DNA of 64,000 nt from Nemertoderma westbladi. Taxonomy: Eukaryota; Animalia; Xenacoelomorpha. The position numbers were made by a program, and so were the translations under genes. The DNA lies in assembly GCA_032718475.1 (NCBI GenBank), contig JAUCBJ010002739.1, positions 1 to 64,000 of the forward strand. The letters run 5' to 3'. Under the pieces are notes generated by a model. The model had not been told where the DNA came from. It searched no databases and worked only from the letters and a program-made list of their open reading frames with translations. Position 1 is the stretch's first letter. Each line of letters opens with the position of its first letter. This document shows positions 23,758-36,876 of this stretch, in pieces.

Positions 23758-25644
23758 ATATAGATGTTCAATAAATATGGACTTTACGATATATGTTCAA
23801 TAAAGATGGACTTTACGATATAGATGTTCAATAAAGATGGACTTTACGATATAGATGTTCAATAAATATGGACTTTACGATAGATGTTCAATAAATATGG
23901 ACTTTACGATAGATGTTCAATAAATATGGACTTTACGATAGATGTTCAATAAATATGGACTTTACGATAGATGTTCAATAAATATGGACTTTACGATAGA
24001 TGTTCAATAAAGATGGACTTTACGATAGATGTTCAATAAAGGTGGACTTTACGATAGATGTTCAATAAAGATGGACTTTACGATATAGATGTTCAATAAA
24101 TATGGACTTTACGATAAATATTCAATAAAGATGGACTTTATGATAGATGTTCAATAAATATGGTCTTTACGATAGATGTTCAATAAAGATGGACTTTACG
24201 ATAGATGTTCAATAAATATGGACTTTACGATAGATGTTCAATAAAGATGGACTTTATGATAGATGTTCAATAAATATGGACTTTACGATAGATGTTCAAT
24301 AAAGATGGACTTTACGATATAGATGTTCAATAAATATGGACTTTACGATAGATGTTCAATAAAGATGGACTTTATGATAGATGTTCAATAAATATGGACT
24401 TTACGATTGATGTTCAATAAAGATGGACTTTATGATAGATGTTCAATAAATATGGAATTTACGATAGATGTTCAATAAAGATGGACTTTATGATAGATGT
24501 TCAATAAAGATGGACTTTATGATAGATGTTCAATAAAGATGGACTTTATAATAGATGTTCAATAAATATGGACTTTACGATAGATGTTCAATAAAGATGG
24601 ACTTTACGATATAGATGTTCAATAAAGATGGACTTTACGATATAGATGTTCAATAAAGATAGACTTTACGATATAGATGTTCAATAAATATGAACTTTAC
24701 GATATAGATGTTCAATAAAGATGGACTTTACGATATAGATGTTCAATAAAGATGGACTTTACTATATAGATGTTCAATAAAGATGGACTTTACGATATAG
24801 ATGTTCAATAAAGATGGACTTTACGATATAGATGTTCAATAAATATGAACTTTACGATATAGATGTTCAATAAAGATGGACTTTACGATATAGATGTTCA
24901 ATAAAGATGGACTTTACGATATAGATGTTCAATAAAGATGGACTTTACGATATAGATGTTCAATAAATATGAACTTTACGATATAGATGTTCAATAAAGA
25001 TGGACTTTACGATATAGATGTTCAATAAAGATGGACTTTACGATATAGATGTTCAATAAAGATGGACTTTACGATATAGATGTTCAATAAAGATGGACTT
25101 TACGATATAGATGTTCAATAAAGATGGACTTTACGATATAGATGTTCAATAAATATGAACTTTACGATATAGATGTTCAATAAAGATGGAATTTTACGAT
25201 AGATGTTCAATAAAGATGGACTTTATGATAGATGTTCAATAAATATGGACTTTACGATAGATGTTCAATAAAGATGGACTTTACGATATAGATGTTCAAT
25301 AAAGATGGACTTTACGATATAGATGTTCAATAAATATGAACTTTACGATATAGATATTCAATAAGATGGACTTTACGATACAGATGTTCAATAAATATGA
25401 ACTTTACGATATAGATGTTCAATAAAGATGGACTTTACGATATAGATGTTCAATAAATATGGACTTTACGATATACAGTAGATGTTCAATAAATATGAAC
25501 TTTACGATATAGATGTTCAATAAAGATGGACTTTACGATATAGATGTTCAATAAATATGGACTTTACGATAGATGTTCAATAAAGAAGGACTTTACGATA
25601 TAGATGTTCCATAAAGATGGAATTTTACGATAGATGTTCAATAA
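23758..25644. repeat. Satellite/minisatellite with 29/31-bp unit (AT)ATAGATGTTCAATAAA(G/T)ATGGACTTTACG, ~60 copies
   Basis: Directly visible tandem units with no spacers. Confidence 0.97.
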
Positions 25645-25825
25645 TTAGATCGATAGATTATTTATTATAATATAATATAAAATATCAATCTATAAAGTAG
25701 TTGTTAAAACGTAAAGTTTGTTTATGAGGAGAAAAGTGTGAAATGGGATGATAACAAAATTTTAATTTAAGTTAAAAATAAGTCTAAAATTAAAAATTAA
25801 AAAAACTGTTGCAAATTAAATACTA

Positions 25826-26380
25826 TTACACAGACCACCATGATGGGGTAAACTTGAGTGGGAAATCTTTATAGTGGGAGTTTAAACGGGTTTTAAAAGA
25901 GTTAAGGTTGGGGGTGGTCACAACATCATCGGATAGCGAGTTCCAGGGATCTATAACTCGAAAGTGAAATGTTGAGTTCATCTGCAGCAGCCGAGCACGG
26001 GGTTTCTGGAGCTTGAATGAGTGGCCGCGTAGGCCAGTCGTACAAAGTTCAAACATGCTGCAGTTCGGTTTGTCGATACCGGTAAGACACCTGGATCAGG
26101 TAGGCGCGAAAACGGCGATATTCAAGGGTCGGGAGACCGAGCCGTTTCAATCTAGTCGGGTATGGTAGATTGCAAATATCTGGTAAAAGTCGAGTCGCAC
26201 GGCGTTGGACAGATTCTAGAAGTCGAATTTTGCTAATGCGGTAAGGTGACAAAATGTAGAGGCGTACTCCAAGATCGGTCTCACAAGGGCTTTGTAGCGG
26301 TTAATTAATGTATTCCCGTCCAGATGTTTAAAGGTGCGAGCAATCAGACCTGTAACTCCGTTGGCTTTCTTTGCGATGGT
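25826..26380 (-). mobile_element. CR1-clade LINE 3' fragment (frameshifted RT C-terminus)
   Basis: KALVRPILEYAS, LLESVQRRATRLL, LGLPTLEYRR, GLRGHSFKL, RVIDPWNSL across ORFs 26216-26542, 26049-26252, 25826-26056. Confidence 0.85.
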
Positions 26381-26559
26381 AGTATGTGTAGATGATGGTA
26401 GATGATGGATAGGTGATGGTAGATGTGTGTTCCGAAAGTAAGGGTGTTTTGGAAGGTCACCCCTAAGTCTTTCTCCCAGCTCGACACCGATAGCACCGAT
26501 AAATGATATATGAAGCTCAGTACTCATGATATCATCATTCATGATGTAAGTAATTCAAC

Positions 26560-27160
26560 TGCATCGCTTATGGTTCATGGACATTAACCAAAGCAGAGTA
26601 TAATTACTCAAACATAGACAGAGAAGCATTGGGTATCATGTTTGGAATTGGAAAATTCCAATCCTATTTGTGGGGTCGACGTTCTGTGTTAGTGACTGAC
26701 CACAAATCTCTACTGACCATTTTTGGTAGCCAAAAGGGTCTCCCAGAACTCGTGTCTCAACGTCTTCACCGATATGCAATACGCTTATCTGCATTTAACT
26801 ACACAGTGAAATATCGCAAGAGTTCACTTTACGGTAACGCCAATGCTTTAAGTCGAGCTCCAACACAATCTGAAACATCAAAGTGGGAGACAATAAATAT
26901 GGTGATAGACGAAGAAGGTCCAATTAATATTGATGAAATTAAAGCAGAAACAAGGAAAGGTGAGGAGCTACGCTCTGTTATTGATATGATAAGACAGTAT
27001 GTTGATATTCAACCTTCGGGGATGTTGAAACCATTTTGGCAGAAGAGATTCGCATTCTCTGTTGAAGAGGACGTTTTATTTATGGCTAGCCGGGTAGTTT
27101 TGCCAAAGTCACTTAGTAGAAGGTATTTAGATGAATTACATCGCTTACATCAAGGATCTT
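26560..27160 (+). mobile_element. Ty3/Gypsy pol relic (RNase H to integrase linker)
   Basis: NYSNIDREALGIMFG, LVTDHKSLLTIFG, RLHRYAIRL, NANALSR, YLDELHRLHQG. Confidence 0.85.
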
Positions 27161-27174
27161 CTTGGGCTCCTTGT

Positions 27175-27245
27175 ATAAATACATACAAATCAGAGCACAC
27201 ACTCATCCTACTTGAGTGTGTGCTCTGATTTGTGTATGTATTTAT
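27175..27245. repeat. Near-perfect hairpin (31/33-nt arms, 7-nt loop)
   Basis: ataaatacatacaaatcagagcacacactca-tcctact-tgagtgtgtgctctgatttgtgtatgtatttat; one 2-nt bulge. Confidence 0.9.
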
Positions 27246-27277
27246 GTGCTTTGGCCATTATATAAGGTACATTTATT

Positions 27278-27827
27278 TTATATTAGGTCACCCTTGTGAC
27301 TGGTGAAATTTAAACTAGATAATGTTGGAGCTGGCTCCAGCATAGCTAGTCTCTGGACAGGTCTATCCAGAATCGATCCAATGGATGTTTTCACTGTTAC
27401 AGTTCTGATAAGATCATTTTTATCACTTTTAGTTGCCATGACAACAGCTGACAACCAATGTCGATTGGGGAATATTTTCACCTTGGAGGAGAATTAAGTC
27501 TCCTACTTTTAAATTTAATTGTTCCATCCGCCACTTAGGCGCTAAAGATATTTTTCTTAAATATCCTTCGGACCAGTGGTCCCAAAAGCGATCACTAACT
27601 AACATATTGTGAGCGCTGCGGACTTACAACTAAATGATAACTTGTCATCATTCAGTTCGTGTGGAACTGGCACAAATGATTTATAACCAAGGATGTGCGC
27701 AGGGGTGATAACCTGGGACTGATGTAAATCGTTTGTGATCAGTTCAAGTGAGCGCGCATTGAGCATCCCCTCGATTTCGATGAGGACAGTTTGGAGTTGC
27801 TCATCGGTTAAATTTGAGGTGGGAGGG
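27278..27827 (-). pseudogene. Older BEL/Pao integrase relic, C-terminal half (family distinct from A-C)
   Basis: LTDEQLQTVLIEIEGMLNAR, ITPAHILG, DLIRTVTVKT, LDRPVQRL; contains stops and frameshifts. Confidence 0.85.
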
Positions 27828-30800
27828 TGTGGCAATAGCGACTATGGTACCAGTACCGGCACTATATACTTTCACTTTGATGACGACCGAGGGTCTGACT
27901 GCGTCTGTCATCTGTAGATACGTAGGCTATCTGTACCGACTGTCCTGTCTACCGGTATTATGTTTGGACCTAGATCCGTGTAGCCCAGTAGGCTACCTTT
28001 ATTCGATATATACATTATATATTATTATACTTATCTGCTCCAGCATATGTTTCGACTTTACAACATTGCCTGCACGGCGTCCCGATAACAGGTATGCGGG
28101 ACCGAGAGTAGATTCCAACACTACAAATTTGTTTCCTACATATTTGATAATTTGGGCCCATGCCGCCTAAATCTAAAAGGAAGCAAAAACCCACGTCACC
28201 GCCCACGGCGGACAGCAGCGACGGCGACGAAACTATAGAAGCCCGAGGCAGCAGTCACACTCCTATCCGGATGGACGACCTCGTGCGTATTCTCGCCCAA
28301 CAACAGACTGCTATGGCTCAGCTGCTGGCGCAACAGCAGGAAGATGCCAACCGTCGCCAGGCGGCCGCGGACGACCGCATCGCTCAACTCCTCGCGGCTT
28401 TACAACCCGGCGTGGCGGCGGCCGCCGCACCGGGACCGCCGGCGACCCAACCCACATACGCGGGAGCCGCTACGAACCCAGCTCCACGACGCCGGGTTAT
28501 CGACATCTCCGCCATGGAGAAGATCGACGCGGACGTCGACTTCTCCTCGTTCCGCCGGTGGAGACAGGCGTGGAGGGTCCACGCCCACCGGCAGCAGGTC
28601 GCCACGTTCCCCAGGGCAGAGCAGGTTTACGCTCTCGTCGCCGCCCTGGGCAGCGACCTCCAGGAGACCATCCGCGTCACCCTCCAGGTTGACATCGACT
28701 CGGACGAGACGACCCCGGAGGCGATCCTCGACACTCTCCAGGCCCACCTCAGCTCCAAACGGAGCATCGCGATCGACGCCATCAAGTTTCACAAGCGCCG
28801 CCAAGGTGGGAACGAGGGGTTCGACTCCTTCAGGGTGGCCCTGGAGGACCTGGCAGTGTCACGGACACCGCCGAACTCTGCGGCCACTGCCGGGACCGGC
28901 AGATCGTTACCCAAATCCTCGTGGGTGTGCGGTGCTCGGAGACCCGAACCGAGCTGCTCAAGGTGCTCCCGCAGCCAACCCTCGAGGACTGCGTGCGGAT
29001 CGCGCAGAGTGTGGAGGCCAGCGAGAGGAACGACTCCATTCTGGCGAGCAGGAAACCGATCCACAAACTCTCCTCCTACAAACGCGAACGTTCGGTTTCC
29101 CGAACCCTGGCGGCCTCCCGCACCCTGGCGGGTTCTCGCTACTCGTCCCCCGACCCTTCCCGTCGAACCAATGCATCCAACAGTTGCGGCAACTGTGGGC
29201 GAAACCACGACAAGGGGAAGGACTGCCCCGCCAAGGGTATCACGTGCCACGCCTGCGGCAAGACGGGGCACTTCAAGTCGGTGTGCTGGTCCAAACCCGC
29301 ACCCAAATCGTCGAAGGTTTCGACGATCTTCCGACAACGGAGCGTCCACAGCTCGGACAAAGACCGCACCAGCTGCGACCTAAACTACATCTCTGTCGAT
29401 GTAACAAACTCGAGGAACAACCGGTTTATGGGACGGGCCCGCCACTCCCCCCCGGATAGCAGAGCGGCTGCCTCTGTCCTCAACGAGAAACTCTTCCTTC
29501 AACTCGGGGGTCGCCATGCTGACCTCCTCCCGCTACGGGAAGACGACAAGTTCGAGGCGGCGAACCGGCTCCCCATGGCGGCCGTGGGGCGGTTCCCGGT
29601 GGAGCTCGAATACTTCGGGGCGAAGGCAATCACCGAACTGGTTATCTCCCCAGAGTCCGACGGTTTAATCCTCTCCAAGAGGACCATCCAGGACCTCGGC
29701 ATCCTCCCGCGGAACTTCCCGGCTCCCCTCCGCAGCCGAGGAACCGTCGCCTCCATCGCTCCATCCCCGGCGACCCGCTCCCGGGACGACTACCTCCGCG
29801 AGTTCGACGACGTCTTCGACGACGACTCCGCCCCGCTCCCGATGATGCACGGCCCGCCCATGCACATCCTGCTGAAAGACGGGGCGACGCCGTTCCACGT
29901 CAACGGCGCGCGACCCATCCCGTTCGCGATGCGGGACGAGGTAAAGGGTCTCCTCGACAACCTGGAACGGAGGGAAGTCATCGCCCGGGTCGACGAGCCA
30001 ACAGACTGGGCCCACCCGATGACAGTGGCGAGAAAACCGGGGGGTAAACTGCGACTTTGCGTCGACCTCCGCCACTTAAACTCGCAGGTGCGACGTCCCT
30101 ACTATCCCACCCCGAGTCCACGGTCGGCGGTGGCCGGAGTTTCTTCCACCGCCCAGGTTTTCTCGGTGTTTGACGCCGCCAGTGGCTACTGGCAGGTTCC
30201 CCTGGACGAGGAGTCACAACTCCTCACAACCTTCGCGACTCCCTGGGGCCGGTACCGTCACACCCGCAGCGTCATGGGGCTCATCTCGTCCGGAGATGAG
30301 TTTAACCGGCGGGGCGACGACGCACTCCAGGGACTCCCCAACCTCATCAAGGTTGTAGACGACGTGCTCCTCTACAACGACACCATGGAGGAGCACCTGG
30401 CCAACGTCGGCCGGTTCATGGAGCGGTGCCGGACCCACGGCATTACGCTGCACCCTGGGAAGGTGCAGTTCGCCCAGGCCGAGGTTCGGTTCGCTGGGTA
30501 CCTCGTCGGCGCCTCCGGTATCAAGGCCGACCCGGAGAAACTGAAGGCGATCGCCGCCTTCCCCCGCCCAGGGAACATCACTGACCTCCGCAGCTTCGTG
30601 GGACTCGTGGAGCAACTCGCTCCGTTCTCCGGCAACATCGCCGCCGCCATATCTCCGCTCCGCCCCCTCCTCAGTACGAAGGCGACCTTCACCTGGACGG
30701 GGGACCACGAACGGGCCTTCGAGGCCACTAAACTGGCGCTCACAACCCCACCGACCCTCGCCCCGTTCGACACGACCCGGGAGACCCGCCTCGTTACCGA

Positions 30801-32956
30801 CGCCTCCCGGCTGAAGGGCCTCGGATACGCCCTCCTCCAGCGGTACGGGGAGGATTGGAGGCTGATCGAGTGCGGCTCGAGGTTCACCACCGACACGGAG
30901 TCCAGGTACGCCATGGTGGAACTCGAGCTCCTCGCCGTCGTATGGGCCGTCCAGAAGTGCCGGCTGTATCTTCTCGGCCTCCCCCACTTCAACTTGATTG
31001 TCGACCACCAACCGCTCGTCACAATCATTGACAAGTATACGGTGGACGCCACAGACAACACCCGCCTCCAACGCCTCAAGACTAAACTGGCCCCGTACCA
31101 GTTTACCACCACATGGACCAAGGGGAAGGACCACGCCATCGCCGATGCGTTGTCCCGCGCCCCGGTCAATGACCCCACACCCGATGACATCGTCGACGAT
31201 GGGGACATGGCGACCTACATCAGGGCAGTCACCCGCCAGTCCGCCGCCGACATAACCGGCTCCGACTCCGCCCACCTCGCGGATCCCGTCCTCGAGGAAC
31301 TCGCCCGAGTGGCTCGGGACGACCCGGACTATAAAGCCCTACTCGCGGCCATTGAGTCGGGCTTCCCGGAATCCGGCCGGAAGGAACCGGCTGTCAACAT
31401 ATACTGGTCCGCCCGGGACCAGTTAACTACGGACGGGGACCTGGCCTTATTCGGCCACCGTATTGTGGTCCCCACAGGGTCCCGGAAATCCACCCTCGCA
31501 CGCCTACACGCGGCACACCAGGGGGTGGAAAAAACGCTACGTCGCGCCCGGCAGTGTGTATACTGGCCGGGCATCACCAACGACATCCGGACATCCGTGG
31601 GCGCCTGCAGCGTGTGTCTGGCCTGTCGGTCAAGTCAGACCAAGGAACCATTTCTGACGGAGCCCCCACCAACTCGCCCGTTTGAAGATATCTCGGGAGA
31701 TTTCTTCTCACTCGACGGGAAACATTTCCTCGCCACCGCAGACAGATATTCCGGATGGCCGGAAATCTACAGTTTCTCCGCCCCACCCACCGCTGCCCGG
31801 ACAACCACCGCCCTGCGTGACTGGTTCGTCCGCTACGGGGTACCAACCCGCTTCCGGTCGGACGGCGGAACCCAGTTCACAGCAGCAGAGCTGACCAGCT
31901 TCCTAAAAGACTGGGGGGTCACACCGGTCACATCGTCGCCAGAATACCCCCAGAGTAACGGGCACGCTGAATCAGCAGTGAAGGCCCTCAAGCGCCTACT
32001 GGAGAAGACTGGGGGGTCAATGACCTCCGCCGCGTTTCAGGAGGGGCTCCTGGAACTCCGAAACAGCCCCAGGGAGAGCGGCTTCTCCCCAGCGGACATC
32101 GTGTTCGGCCATCCTATGAGGTCGCGCGTTCCGGCCCACCACAGCGCCTTCGCTCGGACACTCCAGGAGACCCGGACGGAGCTAGACCGAGTGGCGCCGG
32201 CATTAAAATCAACCAGGACCGCCCAATATAACCGCGGAGCGAAGGCCCTGGAACCACTCGCGGTGGGCACCAGGGTCCGGGTTCAACACCCGACCAATAA
32301 ACGGTGGGAGCGCACCGGCACCATCGTTGAGTCCGGTAAACACCGGAAGTATACTGTCCGGATGCCTTCCGGACGCACACTCATCCGGAACCGACGCCTA
32401 CTTATTCCGGACACCGCCCTCCAGGAGACACCCACGGGCCTACCAACCCCGGACGTGACACCCACAGCCCCCAAACTCGTACGCTGGCGTGAACCCCTCA
32501 TCGAAACTCAACAATTTGAGAAACTTTCAGTTTCCAAATACCCGAGGCGGGTACGTCAGCCACCCGACCGACTCTGACATGAATTTTGATGAACGAATTT
32601 TAGCTCGGCACCGCCTCAGACGGCTAACCCGAGCTCGAAAGGGGGTGTGGCAATAGCGACTATGGTACCAGTACCGGCACTATATACTTTCACTTTGATG
32701 ACGACCGAGAGTCTGACTGTGTCTGTCATCTGTAGATACTTAGGCTATCAGTACCGACTGTCCTATCTACCGGTACAGCAGTACTATGTTTGGACCTAGA
32801 TCCGTGTAGCCCAGTAGGCTACCTTTATTCGATATATACATTATATATTATTATACTTATCTGCCCGCTCCGGCATATGTTTCGACTTTACAACATTGCC
32901 TGCACGGCGTCCCGATAACAGGTATGCGGGACCGAGAGTAGATTCCCCCACATACA
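27828..32956 (+). mobile_element. Near-full-length Ty3/Gypsy (Mag-like) LTR retrotransposon, 5-bp TSD GAGGG
   Basis: LTRs 27828-~28120 and 32646-32956 (TG...CA), purine tract AAAGGGGG before the 3' LTR, GAGGG at 27823-27827 and 32957-32961. About 7 substitutions and 2 indels between LTRs by eye. Confidence 0.95.
28160..32577 (+). pseudogene. Gypsy gag-pol with one frameshift in gag (~28855-28862)
   Basis: Gag frame from 28160 to LEDLA, continuing in the 28921 frame (DTAELCGHCRDRQIVTQILVG). Two Cys/His knuckles, degenerate protease PDSRAA, RT LCVDLR/VVDD, RNase H TDAS, integrase HHCC, SDGGTQF, NGHAES. Confidence 0.92.
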
Positions 32957-32961
32957 GAGGG

Positions 32962-33110
32962 GTAATTTTATTCATTGAGTGCTGGATTACCCCGATTTCC
33001 CTCTCCAAAATTCCACCTCGCCACTTTACAGATGGGGTATTGAATAACCAATCGATTTGGTGAAATTTAAGATGATCTTGGATCACCTGGTGGTTCCATG
33101 AATTATTGGG
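32962..33110 (-). pseudogene. Same BEL integrase relic, core part, separated from the rest by the Gypsy insertion
   Basis: IDWLFNTPSVKWRGGILERE...NKITP. Removing the Gypsy and one GAGGG restores in-frame KITPPTSNLTDEQ. Confidence 0.85.
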
Positions 33111-33116
33111 GTCAGA

Positions 33117-33325
33117 GTAAAACGCGGATCCGGATCCGGATTCCACATTTAACATTGTCCCTACGGAAGTCGATTATTTTTACATTTTTATAACTCCCAA
33201 AAATAAAACTATAACCTGTTCTATTGACTTTAGTTTATTGTTTTGGTTAAAATAACGTGCCACTGTAACCTGCTCCTTTCCCTTAATTGATAATTTTGGA
33301 ATCCGGATCCGGATCCGCGTTTTAC
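33117..33325. mobile_element. MITE-like element with perfect 29-bp inverted arms
   Basis: GTAAAACGCGGATCCGGATCCGGATTCCA at 33117-33145 and its reverse complement at 33297-33325. Marks the end of the BEL relic. Confidence 0.7.
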
Positions 33326-35059
33326 ACCTACCTGAATTATTGATGAAAGATTTATTTTTGTAATCCAATCAATTATATGTTCTAGTTGAATATTGTATTC
33401 GGCTAATTGTTTAAGGGTTTATATTAATGAAAGATTTTTTCGTTTTTTTTTTACATACTGAAGCAATTTGTCTGGAGTCAAACATTTATTTTACTTATAT
33501 AGTATTACATGTTGTATTTCTTTTACTTTTTTTTAACTGCGCTTAATGCGTAATGATTAATTTCGTGTCCCTTGGTTAATAGGAACCCGATGGAGTAGTG
33601 TCACTTTTTTTGGCACTCGTTCCGTTATTTACTTATTTTTGGTCCAATCCAAATTATAGCTTTACAGGTTTCAGCTACAGCGGATATTTTATATTTTTGT
33701 TGGCAAATTTATAATAATATTCTCAGCAGGAATTAATTTATTAGACCAGAAATTATATTCAGTTAAATTCATGTGCTATATATTCCAAGCCGTCAGATAG
33801 ATAGCCTTAGATAATGTGCCGGTTATAATATTGTATTATAATGATTTCAATTAATCCTCTCCATCCGAGTGGCTCCCTGTAACAATATTATTATATTGGT
33901 TAAACTGTTTACTTAGGTGGAAAATGTATTAGGGAAAATGCTGTGTAGTAAAGGTAGCTTCCTATTGGTCGGCTGATATAACCTACATTAGCGCCTAAGG
34001 GTGTAGGGGCCTTGATATTGATAAAGCGGCCCTGATATAATACAGTTGCGACATAATTATTAGTCCCAATTCACGGTGTTCAAAATTCACAATTTTGCTA
34101 CTGTAATATTATTCTACCGGTTGTATAAGTTAAAGTTATATGATTATTTGATCACAATTATTTAAATTGTTAGTGATATATTTATACGTTGGTTTAGAGG
34201 TTATTTTGTCACCGGTATATTTTCATGAGTCTTTGTACTCCACCTTACCTTTCTTAGGAAGTTAGAAGCTTAGTTTTTTTCAAATGTTTCCTGGCAATCT
34301 GAAATACAGCAGGGCCTATAGTATTCCGTCCGAGTTTCAAATTACATTTTCCTTTAGCCTTTCGGGCCTTGACCTAAAAGGCGGTGAACTACCGGTTACT
34401 GCATACGGATTAAAACTCTTAGCGTCACGCCAAGGTCGGATTATGGCCGACCTTAGGTTGACTGGTTACTACGACGGATGACTGGAGAGGCACCTTATCA
34501 TTAACGGGCGCGGGCGAGCCATTCAATGCGAGATCGATGATGTGGGATGTGGGTGGATGCTCCACGGTCTACACTAGTCTATGGTGGCCCATCGGGCTCA
34601 CTACTTTTTTAACGGAAAATATATACTATATAGCCTATACTATACTGCTATATACTATATATTTGTAAAGGTCAAAATCAAGGTCTGGAGTACTGTCAAT
34701 ACGCTGTAGTACAATACAACAATGCTGCAATAGCTAGAGAGCGGTGGCGGTTTCCGTGTTTGGTACCATACTGCCACACTGTGTATCGGTACCTAGCCTA
34801 CCGGCTGACTGGCAAGTGGCAACCAAGTGGTACCGCGTACGCGTACCGGTACACAAGTCAGCAAGTAGCTGACTCAAAGTCGAAAGTGCTAATCAGCCAA
34901 TCACCAATAATCCTGTAATCTGACAATTCCTATTACCGGTACCTGGGTACTGTTTACTGTATTACATTCAGACAGTACCGGTACTAAATTCAGAAATTAG
35001 ACCTACATCTTTTGCCTGGCTCTGTCCATAGACCATAACGCACGATTCTACCATTCACA

Positions 35060-35785
35060 ATGAATATTCTTCCAATGACAAGAAAGGACAAAGATAAAAA
35101 TGAAGAGTCTGGTGGGAATCCTTTTCAGAACATGGAGAAGAGTTCGGTACTACAGGAAGCGCGAACATTCAACGAAACCCCAATAAATCCAAAGCGATGC
35201 TGCAACACTCTTACAAAGATACTGTACATGATCAACCAAGGGGAGAAGATAGGAACAACCGAAGCTACCGAGGCCTTCTTTGCAATGACTAAGCTCTTCC
35301 AAAGCAAGGATATAACTCTACGTCGAATGGTATACCTAGCCATCAAGGAGATGGCCAACATATCCGAGGATGTCATCATTGTCACCAGCAGTTTGACCAA
35401 GGACATGACTGGAAAGGAGGATAGTTTCCGAGGTCCTGCAATTCGAGCTCTTTGTCGGATTACTGACGCATCCATGGTACAATCCATCGAACGCTACATG
35501 AAACAATCCATAGTGGATAAGAACGCGGGTGTCGCTAGTTCAGCTATATCGTCGGCGTTGCAGCTGGCCCAGACCAACCCCGATCTGGTTAAACGATGGA
35601 TCAACGAGGCCCAGGAGGCTGTCAACTCCGACAACTACATGGTTCAGTACCACGCTCTCGGTTTGATCTACCACATCCGGGGTTCGGATCGCCTCGCCGT
35701 CTCTAAGCTCGCCACAAAGTTGTCCCACCGCCACCAAGTACGGAGTCCCCACGCCTGCTGTCTACTCATTCGCATCGCCTTCAAG
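35060..35785 (+). CDS. COPG: Coatomer subunit gamma, coding exon 1 (242 codons)
   Basis: [25 protein letters not shown]...[15 protein letters not shown]; donor AAG|GT at 35786, phase 0. Confidence 0.97.
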
Positions 35786-36021
35786 GTTTATCTATTTAAT
35801 TATTATAAGCAATACCGGTAGTTGTAATTAGAGTATAATAAAATATTATATTAAAAATATCGCTAAAAAATCACCAGTTATTTTGGTATTTATAACCAAT
35901 TTTTTGGTATCTATTGTGACATCCTCTTAAACAATAAACTACTTTACGTCGTAAAACTTGAAATTGAATAAAAATCGACATTAACAATTATTATACAATT
36001 CCACCTATTCGTATTGTTTAG

Positions 36022-36876
36022 GTATTGCAAGACGACGATGGCGATCGCAATTCCACACTGTTCGAATACATCGAGTCGTGTCTCCGTCACAAAAACGAGA
36101 TGGTAATCTATGAGGCCGCACACGCCATCGTCAACATGCCGCGAGTGACGGGTAAGGAGCTGGCGCCGGCGGTGTCCGTCCTACAGCTGTTCTGCAGCTC
36201 ACCGAAACCAACGCTGAGATTCGCCGCGGTTCGCACACTCAACAAAGTAGCCATGAGTCACCCTGCGGCGGTTACCGCGTGCAACCTAGACCTGGAGAAC
36301 CTAATCACGGATAGCAACCGCAGTATCGCCACGCTGGCCATCACCACGCTACTAAAAACCGGCAGTGAAGGTTCCATTGACAGGTTGATGAAACAGATCA
36401 CGAGTTTCATGGCGGATTTATCGGATGAGTTTAAAGTCGTCGTTGTTCAATCGATTCAATCTTTGTGTATTAAATTCCCAAAGAAACACGCCGTTCTAAT
36501 GAACTTTCTGGCCTCAATGTTGCGGGAAGAAGGCGGATTTGAGTACAAGAGAGCGATCGTAGACACCATGATAACCATCATAGAGGACAACCCGGACGCC
36601 AAGGACGTCGCGTTGGCCCATCTCTGCGAGTTCATAGAGGATTGCGAGCACACGACGTTGTCCACCAAGGTGCTGCACATCCTCGGGCGCGAGGGCCCCA
36701 AGACGAGCCAACCCTCCCGGTACATCCGGTTCATCTACAACCGCGTCATCCTGGAGAACGCCGCGGTCCGCGCCGCCGCTGTGGCCGCGTTGGCGCGCTT
36801 CGGCGCGCATTGCGAGGAGTTGCGCCCCAGTATACTGGTGCTCCTGTCTCGCTCCATGTTGGATCAGGACGACGAG
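36022..36876 (+). CDS. COPG: Coatomer subunit gamma, coding exon 2 (285 codons)
   Basis: Acceptor tttag|; [41 protein letters not shown]; donor GAG|GTAA at 36877. Confidence 0.97.

Noticed and set aside
23758-25644. CRISPR-like 29-31 bp repeats
   Set aside because: No spacers; ordinary satellite.
28850-28865. Programmed gag-pol frameshift
   Set aside because: Lies within gag before the zinc knuckles and has no slippery heptamer; more likely a small indel.
28196-32501. Many overlapping and antisense ORFs in the Gypsy element
   Set aside because: Expected from high GC (few stops); no recognisable domains.
34371-34391. Resemblance to an LSU rRNA motif (GACC..AAAG..GGTGAACTA), or RNase P/MRP/telomerase RNA
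   Set aside because: Short match without flanking similarity; no CR-I partner motif or telomere template seen.
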